A stretch of 64,000 nt of DNA from Rhizaria sp. SCN 62-66 (GCA_001724265.1 MEDY01000072.1:1-64000); one strand, 5' to 3'; shown: positions 53,501 to 63,904, counted from the first letter of the stretch. Translations and numbers: made by a program. Notes: generated from the letters alone by a model not told the origin.

Positions 53501-55725
53501 GCGCGTCCTCAAGCCTCAGCAGCTCCATTCCGCACAGCGCGCGCGATTTCAACGTTGACCATGACGGCAACTGTGGGGCTGGAGACCGCGAACGGCAGCA
53601 GCTCGGGGACTGCGACGCCGTTGTCGTCGACGAGCTACTGCCTGAACTGCAGCTGCAGATTCCGCCGACGTCGTGGCTTGGCGCCGACAAAGCGCTGCCC
53701 CTAAATGCGCGTATCCCCGGTGCGCCTGGCTCCGGTACTGCTCCAGTCCTAGCAGCAGCTGGTGATCCCACGGTGACCGTGTCCGTCACCACAGTGCACG
53801 TGTTCGACAGCAAGGAGGAGGCCTTCGCGAAACCGCCGCCGCCGCCGCCGCGGCAGTCCGCGGAACATCGCAGTCTGGCGCCGTGGCGGCCCGACACCGC
53901 GGAGCACGCCGCGCTCGAGGCCGGCGTAGCACGCGACAACGCCTTCGGCGCGAAGATCTGTCTGCTCGCCGAGCGCGTGCGCCCGCAGCCGCCACCGCGT
54001 GAACGGCTGGCGGAGCTGACGCTCGGCGCGCGCGGCCGTGCTCTGCTCGCGTGGGCCGCGGCGCGCGAGGCCGAGGCCGCCGCTGCGGCCGCGGCTGCGG
54101 AGCGCGTGTACGAGCTCGACGATGGCGACGTTGGCAATGCTTTGGACGCCTCGGGCATGTCTTTCCCGGAAGGACCGACTCCGCGTCCCAGTCCGCGTCC
54201 GCGTCCACACTCGCTGCAGCGTCCGCATCAGCGTCCGCATCAGCGCCCACATGCGCACGCGCAGCCTCAGCAGCAGCAGAGCGGCGGACAGCGGCCGCTG
54301 CTGATGAGCGACCTGTACGAGTCCGCCGCGCGCGTCGAGGTCGACTTCTACCGCTGGGCGGCGGAGCAGCCCGTGGTGGCGCTGCGCGTTGACGGGCGCG
54401 ACGCGGCGCTGCTGACGTCGCGCGCAGGTGGGCTCGCGCTCGCGCTGGCGGCGGCGGCGCGGTGGGACGAGGATCTCGCGCGCGGCAGCACGCGCGTCAA
54501 CTGCGTCTATGGCTGCCTCGCCGGGTTCGGCGGCGGGTTTGCTATTGTCGTGCTGATCCCGTTCGCGGTTCTGATGTTGTTCGTGGCCGCGCACCTGAAG
54601 GAGCTGCGGCCCGAGTTCACCTTCCCGCTGGCCGCGCTCGTGGGCGCGGCCGTGCTGTGGATGCTGCTGGGCGCGTGCCGCCGCGCGTGGTGCGCGCAGG
54701 AACCCGGCTCGCAGACACGCGACGATGGGCTTGCCTTCCTGCGCCGCGCGTCTCTGCGGCGCCTCGTCGACGCCGACACGTGCCCCGACTCCTGCGGTAC
54801 GTGCATCGCGCGCCAGCCGCCGTGGTCGCGCGCGCTTTTCTGGGCCGCCACGCTCGCAGTCCTCTTCCTCATGGTCGTTGTCTTCGCGCGCTCCGTTGGC
54901 GCGCCGCTGGGCGCGTGGTGGTTCTGCGCGCCGCTGTACGCGCTCTTCGCGGTCAACCTCGGCGGCGCGGTCTCCTGCCCGCTCTGGCCCACGATGGACG
55001 AGCCACTGCCGAACGGCGTCAACGTCACCCTCGAGGCCCGCGAGGTGGGCAGCGCTGCGCTGCTTATGCGCATGCTGCTCGTCTTTACGGTGCAGGTGCT
55101 TGCCTTTGTCGTGATGCTGCAGCTGCGCGTCATGGGCGTCGTGGACGTCCCCGCCTGGGCCATCGTGCTGCCCTTCGCGGTGAGTCTGCTCTTCTGTCTC
55201 GGCCGCGGCGTTTGCATGCGGCTGCGCGGCGAATGCTCGAGCGAGGGTTGCATTCCGCTCGTGCTTGCGCTCATCCCGGGCTTTTTGATGACCGCGTACA
55301 CGGTCGTCTTCTTCGGTCTTTGGCTGCATAAGCTGCTGCAGCCCGCTTCGACGCTGTGGGCACCGCCGTTCATGGCCGTCGCGGCGCCGGCGTTGGCGCT
55401 GCTGCTCAGCTACATTGCGGGCTCTATTACCGCTATGTCGGGCTGCCAGTGGTGCCCCCGCCGCTGCTGCCGCGCCCACATGTGCGGCGAGCAATGCTGT
55501 GACACCGGCGAGTTCGCCGTCGCGCCGCCACGCAGGCTCACGACGCGCGTGCACACCGAGTCCGCGGCGTTCCGAGGACGCATTTCACTCCGAGATGACT
55601 TCTGGGCGTTTCCGGTTGTGCGCGACGGCACCGGCTCGACGCCCTACGACAAGATCACGAACTTGCGGCAGTTTTACGAACACATCACAGAACTCGAACG
55701 CATCCCCGGGGCGCTCGTCGAATGA
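50566..55725 (+). CDS. BTB/BACK-like domain protein with C-terminal multipass transmembrane region; 5' end uncertain
   Basis: BACK-like FLALPARALQALVASDRLRCDEFELLQSLVRWAR...LLSLVRFARMTPRE and about 8 hydrophobic segments in the last ~420 aa. Coding-like sequence continues upstream (about 49931/50120-50638) in a different frame. Confidence 0.75.
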   Translation: MQQHGRSAAAAARVPKGRRRGGPPLPTVPAPPRGATAGDDEAGALWWPEALTTAARERRRQRWHWERTKAFEAADAEAKAKTDAVLLEEKDAAHGGTDYAGDHEDVSLFIVAPAPPQQQQQQQHTALRPAPSAPTAASTVEYEFADVSEPFAVRTDARGPRTCGVACSACLLSARHACGHGAGAHTADRLGLARLGVAGAQYTDPRLTTERAAAWCCAGTCERVAAAARHPDTAFLPFVLGYLDERKRLGAPRAAVAAQALHSQFAPRSDNNDVDAVEPQDGLCGTDPSPEQLAARAAATVDAWADEDSTMVYNPESSDFAYAAAVFPEAVRSPLFLALPARALQALVASDRLRCDEFELLQSLVRWARFRLRAHGLDDTDPRLVRLELGPLLSLVRFARMTPREVAILAAPPVGARRRRHRPARELGGGGAVYTRHNRDFHSNQGNNESDNDSDGDGGAADGQAHGGIFTPRELVTLWEIVTPGGPYSAGLAAALRRREDRYEVMLGGDPLPELAGATIADESPAAANASAAAAAPAAAHRAAPDAAAAAAVGAPLVQPTASAPARGLPPGRVDARVASLATPAGVAAAVAAAAAAAEAENGVFLLEEAAEARASRPNAPVAHVSLLAVPAFASGVCAANPAIALGLAGAVASAKAAADDIAPTPGRPRDSHTSDPHRGRLAPLRPPVTDPGRVGLLVGLAAVPAPRPGDDAGEAALRVSAVAASRTSDLLETLDAAPVTVLAPGEMHVFGAAATPTDNALDPASAAAGLAAWPDPHGRYGALVLTADPGAAAADGGAPGAAGGARRIEVFAAAVATRALATPLALQTVATGDGARAAAAASAEARLGVAMGAADKEALLRGDSARVRPGNEEVAAQLRVSARQAARAAALHSKTAALQPGGTDVDAGVEKEAKENEPGVDYPVRGFVGTVALAVAAATASSRGPSASLRSGGWDGGQSSGASAENVFVELHTAPAVGASSSLSSSIPHSARDFNVDHDGNCGAGDRERQQLGDCDAVVVDELLPELQLQIPPTSWLGADKALPLNARIPGAPGSGTAPVLAAAGDPTVTVSVTTVHVFDSKEEAFAKPPPPPPRQSAEHRSLAPWRPDTAEHAALEAGVARDNAFGAKICLLAERVRPQPPPRERLAELTLGARGRALLAWAAAREAEAAAAAAAAERVYELDDGDVGNALDASGMSFPEGPTPRPSPRPRPHSLQRPHQRPHQRPHAHAQPQQQQSGGQRPLLMSDLYESAARVEVDFYRWAAEQPVVALRVDGRDAALLTSRAGGLALALAAAARWDEDLARGSTRVNCVYGCLAGFGGGFAIVVLIPFAVLMLFVAAHLKELRPEFTFPLAALVGAAVLWMLLGACRRAWCAQEPGSQTRDDGLAFLRRASLRRLVDADTCPDSCGTCIARQPPWSRALFWAATLAVLFLMVVVFARSVGAPLGAWWFCAPLYALFAVNLGGAVSCPLWPTMDEPLPNGVNVTLEAREVGSAALLMRMLLVFTVQVLAFVVMLQLRVMGVVDVPAWAIVLPFAVSLLFCLGRGVCMRLRGECSSEGCIPLVLALIPGFLMTAYTVVFFGLWLHKLLQPASTLWAPPFMAVAAPALALLLSYIAGSITAMSGCQWCPRRCCRAHMCGEQCCDTGEFAVAPPRRLTTRVHTESAAFRGRISLRDDFWAFPVVRDGTGSTPYDKITNLRQFYEHITELERIPGALVE

Positions 55726-56275
55726 TGTTGCCACGGCGTCCGCCTAGTTCAAGGGTCTGTGATTTTTATTTTTAGACTGCGTTTGTTGCTTTATGTGCTT
55801 CTTTAACCCGGTTTTAAAGCGTTTTTGTTTGACTAGATGGACTCTTCTAGTCTCGACGCCACTTGAAGACCTGCATCACTATCCGCTCAACTTGATTTAC
55901 AGACTGAGATTGTGAGCAATAGCGTTTTAATTTAGCATCCATATACATAGCCATGTTTTATTAATTATATTATTGACTTGTTTCATTTGATATCATTGTC
56001 ACTGTGGTACAGACTAAAATAACATGCTTCACTTTGAAATTCATTTCCTGTGGTTCGCAAAAATTCGTGGGCGGTGCTGCTGCGGTTCTACCACCACCGT
56101 GAGACAAACTTTTGAGCTGCTCCCAGGCCCTCTGTTGACCGCCAACAGATCTACGAGTGCGAAATATGGCAAAGAATATTAGTGAAATTTACATATATTT
56201 TGATCGTCTTTTCTAACATCCTGTGTACTTTGTCCTGTGTGTACTTGCGACGATGCGAGTTTAGCGGTTCGAGGA

Positions 56276-58446
56276 ATGCCGAGTGTCTACGTTCGTCGCG
56301 ACCTTATCCTTGCGAAGGTGACTTCTGACAAGCGTCCGGTGACCACCGATGACGAGTTCAGCAAGGTTTGCTTCGAGTTCGGCATCGAGAATGACGGCAT
56401 CGTTTTGGAGTCCAAGATCAAGAGCAACACGGACACGCCCGAGCGGCCGTACTACAAGATCGACGTGCCTGCCAACCGCTACGACCTGCTCTGCTTCGAG
56501 GGTATCGCGCGCTCACTGCGCGTCTTCCTCAAGCTGGAGGAGCCCCCCGTGTACAAGGTCGTGCCCCCCGCGCAGCAGCTGAAGCTGGTGCAGAGCCCCG
56601 AGACGCTGGCGATCCGCCCCTTCGTGGCGGCCGCCGTGCTGCGCGGCGTCACCATGACCGAGACGGTCTACGCGTCCTTCATCGACCTCCAGGACAAGCT
56701 CCACTTCAACATCGGCCGCCGCCGCACGCTTGTTGCCATCGGCACGCACGACCTGGACCTGATCCAGGGCCCGTTCACGTACACGGCCGAGCCCTACGAC
56801 GCCATCGCCTTCACCGCGCTCAACGAGAGCAAGAAGACCGACGTCAACGAGCTCTTCCAGTCTTATCGCGACGCCAAGTCGCACCACCTGAAGCCGTACC
56901 TGGACATCGCGGCGGACGCGCAGGCGGCCTCGCGGCCGGGCCAGGCGCCGCTGCACCCTGTCATCCGCGACGCGCGCGGCGAGGTGCTGTCGCTGCCGCC
57001 CGTGATCAACTCTGACTACAGCAAGATCTCGCTCAACACGCGCAACATCTTCATCGAGTGCACCGGTACCGACTTCACCAAGCTTAACATTGTGCTGAAC
57101 ACCATCATTGCCATGTTCGCCGGCTACGCCGAGAAGCCCTTCACCGTCGAGCCCGTCCTGGTCTCCGCCCCCGCCTCGCTGCCGCTGCCCCCCGCCACGA
57201 CCGTGGTCCGCGCGCCGGGCTCTGAGGCCGTGACCGAGACGCTGGAGCTTTCGTTCCCGAACCTGGGCGAGAAGGTCTTCCAGACCTCGACTGCGTACCT
57301 CAACTCCGGGCTCGGGCTCGCGCTCTCTGCGGGCGAGATCGCGCCGCTGCTGCGTGCTATGCAGCTCGACGCCGTGGTCGTCGACGAGGCCAATGGCGGC
57401 GTCTCCGCCGCCATGGCCGCGCTCACCGCCGGCGCCTCCGGTGCGCTTGAGCTCGTCACCTCGGACACCGCGGCCGCCAAGTCGGCCGGCAGCGAGACGC
57501 TGCTGGTGCGCGCGCCCGTCACGCGCACCGACGTGCTCCACCCGATCGACATCCAGGAGGACGTGGCCATCGCGTATGGCTACGACAATCTCGTGGCGTC
57601 GCTGCCGCCGACGGCGACCGTGGGCGGTGAGACGGGCATCAACGCGCTCACCGACAAGATCCGCGAACGCGTGGCCACGCGTTACACCGAGGTCATGACC
57701 TGGGTGCTGGTGCAGAAGGAGGAGAACACGGTCAAACTGCAGCGTCCCGACACGGGCTCGCAGGTCCTGCTGGCCAACTCCAAGACCGACTTCACGGCGT
57801 GCCGCACCACGCTCATCCCGGGCCTGCTCAAGGTCGTCGAGGCCAACCAGGTATGTGCGCGATAACGATCGATATGAAGCACTAGATCATATTTCTGCGA
57901 CATTAAATGTGTACAATTGATGTTCGTTTTTTAATTTAAACGTATATTCATATTTCTACCTCCTACAACTTTTATCTCACAATGACTCATTTCCTATGCT
58001 TTTCTGTTTCTCTCGCGCGCGTACGCTCACAGGCTGTTGAGCTGCCGATCGATATCTTCGAGTGCGGCGACGTCGTCGTCCTGGACTCATCCCGCCCCGA
58101 GGGCGCGAGCAACCGCCGCCACCTGGGTCTGCTGCACTACGGCACCACGTCGGGCTTCGACCAGATTCACGGCTCGCTGGCGATGGTCATGCGCCAGCTC
58201 GACCTCGCCTTCGTCGCGCCGTCCAAGTTCGCCCCGCACGGCGACGCCGCCAAGCGCCCCACGGCCTACACTGTGCGCGCGGCCGAGAACCCGACGTTCC
58301 TGCCGCAGCGTTCTGCTGAGGTCGTGCTCGACAACGGCGTGGTAATCGGGTCGTTCGGCGTCGTGCACCCCAACGTGCTCGGCCACTTCGGGCTCGAGAA
58401 GAACCCCGTGTCTGTGCTCGACATCGACATCGAGTACCTCCTCTAA
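56276..58446 (+). CDS. FARSB: Cytosolic phenylalanyl-tRNA synthetase beta subunit
   Basis: Exons 56276-57850 and 58033-58446 (GTATGT...CAG). Motifs MPSVYVRRD, YKIDVPANRYDLLCFEG, SFIDLQDKLH.NIGRRRTLVAIGTHDLD, VLSLPPVIN, TRTDVLHPIDIQEDVAIAYGYDN and FGVVHPNVL. Confidence 0.96.
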
Positions 58447-59120
58447 GCAAGCCAGTCGCGAAGCAAAGCGAAGCGAATCGAAGCTGAGCTCTAAACAAAG
58501 CGAAGCAATGAGCTTTAAAGCTTAAGGGAGGACTGCGATAATGGTCTGTAAGTAATATGTTAGTCAGGAGGATGTGATTGAATATGATGACAAGTGTGCT
58601 TTTATAGTTTTCTTCTTATAATGGTTTAATGTGGTGCATTGTGATGCAACTTTACACAATGCAGGCATTGAATCTGTTGTCTTTAAAGTTGTTTGGTGCG
58701 GATGATACGTAATAATACAATGGCATCTCATAACAACGACGATACTTACTGAAAGAAACTACTTAAGTTTGTAAATTGAATGTATTATTGATATGCATAA
58801 AATTTGTTCTTGTTATGATCAAACGAGACGATGTCACACCAAAGCAGCAGAAACCTGCCACGGACACAAGCGTGCTATTCTCATCTAATCTTGCTTTACA
58901 GACATATTTGGTTCATATAAATTGCTCTTTGATAAAGTTTTTTTACTATTTGATGTTCATATTTCTCCATCTCACACTGTATGAAGCAATCACAGCAAGT
59001 TCGCCGCAAAAGTCTGCGTTCATCGTGCCACATCGCTGAACACGCCAGTTGTGTGAGTCAGTCAGTCAGCCATTATCCTCTGAATATGAAGCTATACAGA
59101 GACGCACGCGTTCAGAGCGC

Positions 59121-60002
59121 TTAGAAGAGCTCCTCGAGGTTCTCGTCGGGGTCGTGCGCGAGGAGGTTCTTGAACCCGGGGGGGACGGTGCCCGGCGCGG
59201 CGTTGCGCTCGAGCTCATCGCGGATCTTGGCCTCGGCCTCCTGCTCCTTCTCCACCTGCACGGCGCGCAGGTCCTTGACCTTCTTGACGCGGTACGTGTC
59301 CTCGCGCTCCTGCTCCTGCAGCTCGGACTCGACGTACCGGATCGTGTTCTCGAGCTGCGGGATGACCACGAACTCGAGCGCGTTGACGCGGCGGTTTGTC
59401 ACCTTGAGCGCGGCGTCGAGCGACACGAGAGACGTCTGCAGCGTCGCCAGCTCTACGATCGCGTCCAGCACCGTCACGTACTTCTCCTTGCACTCGGCGA
59501 TCTGCTCGCCACCGCGCGAGAGACCGACGAGCAGGTTCTCGGGCGCGCCCGTCTGCTCGGCACGCTCGAAGCGCGGGATGCGGACGCCGGCGATGTTCAT
59601 CACCGCCGCGCGCACGCGGAACGAAGCTTCGGACGCGTGCTCGATCACCGTGTGATTGAAGTCGCCCGCGGCCCAGATGGCCTCGTTGTGCGCCTCGGCG
59701 GCCTCGGCCATGCCGGAACCGACGTTGCGCTTGACGGTGCGGATGCGGCTCAGGACCTCCTGGAGCTTGATCTTGATCGCGTCGGACTTGCGCTTCAGCA
59801 GGCTGTGGCCCTTCTTCGCCGCAATGACACGCTCCTTGAGCATCGCAAGAACCCTGGGAACAAGCAAAAAGTGGAAAGAATGTGACGTGAGTGGGAACAG
59901 GGACGTGGGAAGAGAGAAATGGGCAGCGGGGTTTGGGGTCACGGGGAGAAGTCAGGACACGTACATTAGCGAGGGGAAAACGCTCAAACGCTGCTCAGCC
60001 AT
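59121..60002 (-). CDS. ATP6V1D: V-type H+-ATPase V1 subunit D
   Basis: Exons 60002-59965 and 59853-59121 (GTACGT...CAG). Motifs AKKGHSLLKRKSDA, NIAGVRIPRF, GLSRGGEQI and ELATLQTS...KVTNRRVNALEFVVIP...ELQEQERE. Confidence 0.96.
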
Positions 60003-60806
60003 GGTGATAAGTTAAAGCCGGGAAAGGCGAGACTACAAGTCAAGAGGTGCGCAAAGGCCGAAAGGGTATAGCAGACGTCCTGGAAGCGGAGCGCGGAAAG
60101 AAACTCTGAGGTCCACAGAGGGCATGCAATCGTCACAAGGGGAAGCGGCAAGGAGAGGAAGAAAAGTCAGTTTGGTGAGCGAACGTGGGTTAGTATAGTA
60201 TCTCTGAGATAATTAGTGCTGTAATATATGCAAATAAAATGAATAACCCAGAACCGGCCTTAAGAAGGGGTCAGGAAACGGAAAACTAATACAGGGCGAG
60301 AGCGAACCACCGAAGAGCGACGTCAGGTTATCAAACTCCCAGATTTGTTCGGTGCACAATCACGTTATCAGCATACCAAACACACAACGTGTACATCACC
60401 CAGACTTCTTTCTGATACATTAACCCTGCCTCCAGCGCACGGCACGGCCTCGTGATGAATGCAGTCATCCGATACCTAGAGGGACGCTTCAGTCTCTCCT
60501 CTCGCTCGGTCTTGTCGCAGACTGGCCAGTCGGCCAGCGCCTCGGTGTACCCACAGTCGTATCGGCAAATGCACTCCAAGACGTGCAGCAGCGTGATGTT
60601 ATATGAAATCAATTCAATTTTTAGTTAAAACATGTTCTATGAACAAATGACAGTAAATTTGTATTAAATTCAAGTATGTTGCATCTACTTATCGCGTACG
60701 CCCCACTCGCGGCCCTCGTTGGCATCACAGCCAGACTACAGTTAGGCCACCAATACATCCGCACAGTCACACTCAACCACAGCGGGCACGTCATTATATT
60801 GCTTAT

Positions 60807-63467
60807 TCACCGCTTGATGTCCGCAAACGGGTTGCGCGCGGCCCCACCTTGAGGCGGCACAAACATGCCGAACCCAGTCGCAGCCGCAGGCGCCGACGCG
60901 GCAACAGCAGCAGCGGGAGCGGGAGCAGGAGCAGCAGCAGCGGCAGCGGGCGCGCCAAATGCTCCCGGGCGGCCGACCGCGCCCCAGGCGCCAGTCGTGC
61001 CAGCCGCGCCAGCGCCGCCAGCGCCCACGTTGTTCGAGGTGATGAAGGACTGCGCGGCGCCGGCAAGGGAGTTGACCTGCGACTTGAACAGACTTGTTGT
61101 CGCGCCTGCCGCGCCGCGCTTGCTGCCGGCGCCGCCGAAGAAGGCCACCGCGTCGTTGCCGTCGTCGTCGTCGTCATCGTCCTGCTCCTGCTCGTTCTCA
61201 AGCTGCTTCTGCGCCGCGTGCGCGGCCGCGGCGGCGGGGCCCTGCGCGGCGGCCGCGGCGGCCGCTGCGCGGTCCTCTTCCAGCGAACTGGCGTCCATGA
61301 GCTTGACGACCATGTCGGCCGCCTTGCGGTCCTGCTCGTACTCAATCGCATCCATCGCCGTCGTCATGTTCGCGTAGTGCATCATCATCTTCTCCACCGT
61401 CGCGGGGGGCTTCTTCGCCAGCCGCCTCAGCGACTGCGTGGTCCGCGTGTCACGGCCATTCACCACGCAGCTCATGTCGAGCGCCAGCTGCCACGCGTGC
61501 TGCGCGGCCGGAATGGCACGCGCCACCACGCGCACCTGTGCCAGGTAGTCGAGGAAGTTGCACTTGTCTGGGTGCGGGCCGGCGATGCCGACCTCGGCGG
61601 CGTTGATGACGCGCAGCCACACCTCCTCGGCCTGCTTACACAGGCGGCGCCGCTCCTTGGCCGCCTCGCCGCGCCCGCCGCCGCCGCCGGAGCCGGCCTT
61701 CTTGCCCTTCTTGCCCGCGGGCTTCTTACCGCCCTTCTTGCGGCCGCCCACGTCGTCGTCGGCGTCGTCGAGGTCGAACCCGAGTGCGGCGGCCTCGGCG
61801 GCGTCGGTCGCGCCCTGCGAGGCCTGCTGCGCCAGCTCGTGGCCCAGGTTGAGCAGCGAGTGGAACACGGCGTGGTGCGCCTCGGTCAGGATGCGCTCGG
61901 CCACGATCGCGTCGATCTCGGCCAGCGTGCGCGCGCGGAACGCGTGGCCCTGTGTGTCGTAGCGCGTCGCCAGTCCGAGCGCGTCGGCCTCCTCGCGGAC
62001 CTTGCTCGGCGATGACAGCGCAGGTGAGAGCGCCGCGGGGTCCGCACCGGCCGCGCCAGCCGCGGCGGCGGAGGCGGCGGCGGCGGCGGCGGAGGCCTTG
62101 GCACGAAGGGCCTTGACCTTGTCCTCGGCGCTGGGACCCTTCTGACTGGCCTTGGTCTTGGCGCTCGGGCTCTTGCCAAATGCGTCATCGTCATTGTCAT
62201 CATCGCTACCATCGTCGTCGTCGCGAGCCCCGGCGGCGTCGGCGTCGTCGTCATCGTTGTCGTCGCCGGCGCGGGCGGCGTCCTCGGTGGGCGGAGCCGG
62301 GTGGCGGCGCTCGGCGTCGAGGCACACGGCGACCTCCTGCTCCGTGAGCTGATAGCCGCAGGCCAAGCAGCGCCAGTCCTCGGTCTGCAGCCCCAGTCCG
62401 CGCGGCGCCACGATGCCACCGTCGCACTTGCCCGCGCCAGCGCCGAGACCCAGCGGGGAACCCAGGCCGGCCGCGGGGGCGTTGGATCCGGCGGCGGGCT
62501 CGGGCTCGGGGAGGCCGAGGTGCGCGCGGACGGAGCGCGGGCAGTGGAACGAGCGGCACCGGTCTGGCTGCGTGCCGGAACATGCGGGACACGCGCACTG
62601 GAAACCCTGCGTGCGCTGCAGCGCAGCCTGGCGCTCCGCCGTGGGCGTGTAGAAAGCGGGCGAAAAGTCGATGGTGAGTGCGTCGCCGGCCGCGATAGGC
62701 CGCATAGCGACGACGTAGATGCGGTCGCGCTCAGTGACGAAGTTGCAGTTGGGCAGACACGAGTGCGGCACGAGCGACGCGTAGAGGAACAGACCGGAGC
62801 CGCCGACGTCCTCCAGCTCGTGCGAGCAGCGGTTCAGAATCGACAGCACGCGCGCGATCGCGGCGTCGTCCAGCGCGGCCGGGAACGCACCCGCGGCGCG
62901 GACGACGGCGCGCCGCCGCAGCGCCTGCACCGCGGCCAAGCATTGGGCGAAGTTGGGGGCCTGGCGACCCTGGTCCAATGACAGCAGCAGCTGCAGCGGC
63001 TCCGTGACGGCCACGTCGGGGTCCGCGAACATGCGCAGCACGCGCAGCAGCGTGCGCGCGCGGTCGATTTCGCCGACGGCGCGCTCCTCGGTCATTGACT
63101 CCTCGAGCTGTGCCACGTTCGCCCAGAAGGCCTTGGGGTAGCGCGCGCGCACGCGCTCGCACTGGGACGCCTTGTGCGGCTCCATGCACTCGAAGCAGTG
63201 GAAGTCGTGCCAGGAAGCCGCCACGAAGGCCTTCTCCTTGAAGATGACGTCTCCGGGCTCGATGGCGGCCGTGGCGATGAGGTGCGCGCCATACTGCTCG
63301 TTGCGGGCGATCTTGCACGCGGGCGCGTCGGACTCATCGTGCACCGACGTGTCAAACTGCTGCTGCTCGAACGACGCGACATCGTCCATCATGTGCCGGC
63401 GCTGGTCCGCGGCAGACGCGCTGCCGTCGAAGGCGTCGGCGCCCATCGGCAGCGAAGACGAAGACAT
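60807..63467 (-). CDS. SMYD-type split SET domain protein with post-SET Cys cluster and TPR-like C-terminal helices
   Basis: YGAHLIATAAIEPGDVIFKEKA, then GSGLFLYASLVPHSCLPNC, VVAMRPIAAGDALTIDF, RQAALQRTQGFQCACPAC, DRCRSFHCP and WRCLACG. ATG at 63467 was chosen; an upstream exon cannot be excluded. Confidence 0.85.
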   Translation of the reverse strand: MSSSSLPMGADAFDGSASAADQRRHMMDDVASFEQQQFDTSVHDESDAPACKIARNEQYGAHLIATAAIEPGDVIFKEKAFVAASWHDFHCFECMEPHKASQCERVRARYPKAFWANVAQLEESMTEERAVGEIDRARTLLRVLRMFADPDVAVTEPLQLLLSLDQGRQAPNFAQCLAAVQALRRRAVVRAAGAFPAALDDAAIARVLSILNRCSHELEDVGGSGLFLYASLVPHSCLPNCNFVTERDRIYVVAMRPIAAGDALTIDFSPAFYTPTAERQAALQRTQGFQCACPACSGTQPDRCRSFHCPRSVRAHLGLPEPEPAAGSNAPAAGLGSPLGLGAGAGKCDGGIVAPRGLGLQTEDWRCLACGYQLTEQEVAVCLDAERRHPAPPTEDAARAGDDNDDDDADAAGARDDDDGSDDDNDDDAFGKSPSAKTKASQKGPSAEDKVKALRAKASAAAAAASAAAAGAAGADPAALSPALSSPSKVREEADALGLATRYDTQGHAFRARTLAEIDAIVAERILTEAHHAVFHSLLNLGHELAQQASQGATDAAEAAALGFDLDDADDDVGGRKKGGKKPAGKKGKKAGSGGGGGRGEAAKERRRLCKQAEEVWLRVINAAEVGIAGPHPDKCNFLDYLAQVRVVARAIPAAQHAWQLALDMSCVVNGRDTRTTQSLRRLAKKPPATVEKMMMHYANMTTAMDAIEYEQDRKAADMVVKLMDASSLEEDRAAAAAAAAQGPAAAAAHAAQKQLENEQEQDDDDDDDGNDAVAFFGGAGSKRGAAGATTSLFKSQVNSLAGAAQSFITSNNVGAGGAGAAGTTGAWGAVGRPGAFGAPAAAAAAPAPAPAAAVAASAPAAATGFGMFVPPQGGAARNPFADIKR

Positions 63468-63904
63468 CCTCTTGGTTCTCGTGGGGGAGAGCTTGCGGAC
63501 CTGTTTGCGGATAATAGAGAATACAACGTGTAGATTCAATTGTAAGAAATGTAAAAATGTGGACGTATTTAAATTCTTCTATATAATTCTGTGTCAAGTG
63601 GAAAGCAAAATCTGACGATGTCTTGGATGTAAATGACAAGCTCAAACACCTCGCAACCTCGTTTCATCGGAGCTCATCTCGGCTCAGACTCGACGTCTCT
63701 TGAAAAAGCAGCAACGAACGCATATTTCGCTCAAATTAAGATTCTAAGAGAAAATAACGGAGATAGCTATGTATTGCAGAGAGTTTAAGTATATCACAGT
63801 GGTATAAATCCACCACGGCCAGATTGTGACCACTTCAAGATCGAAACAAAGAGTCTGGACACATTGTGCACAGGAAACTGTTCAACTGTGGTTGGATGTC
63901 ATAC

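Noticed and set aside
60331-60612. 93-aa minus-strand ORF between the V-ATPase D and SET genes
   Set aside because: TTG start, no recognisable motif and weak codon bias; cannot be supported as a gene.
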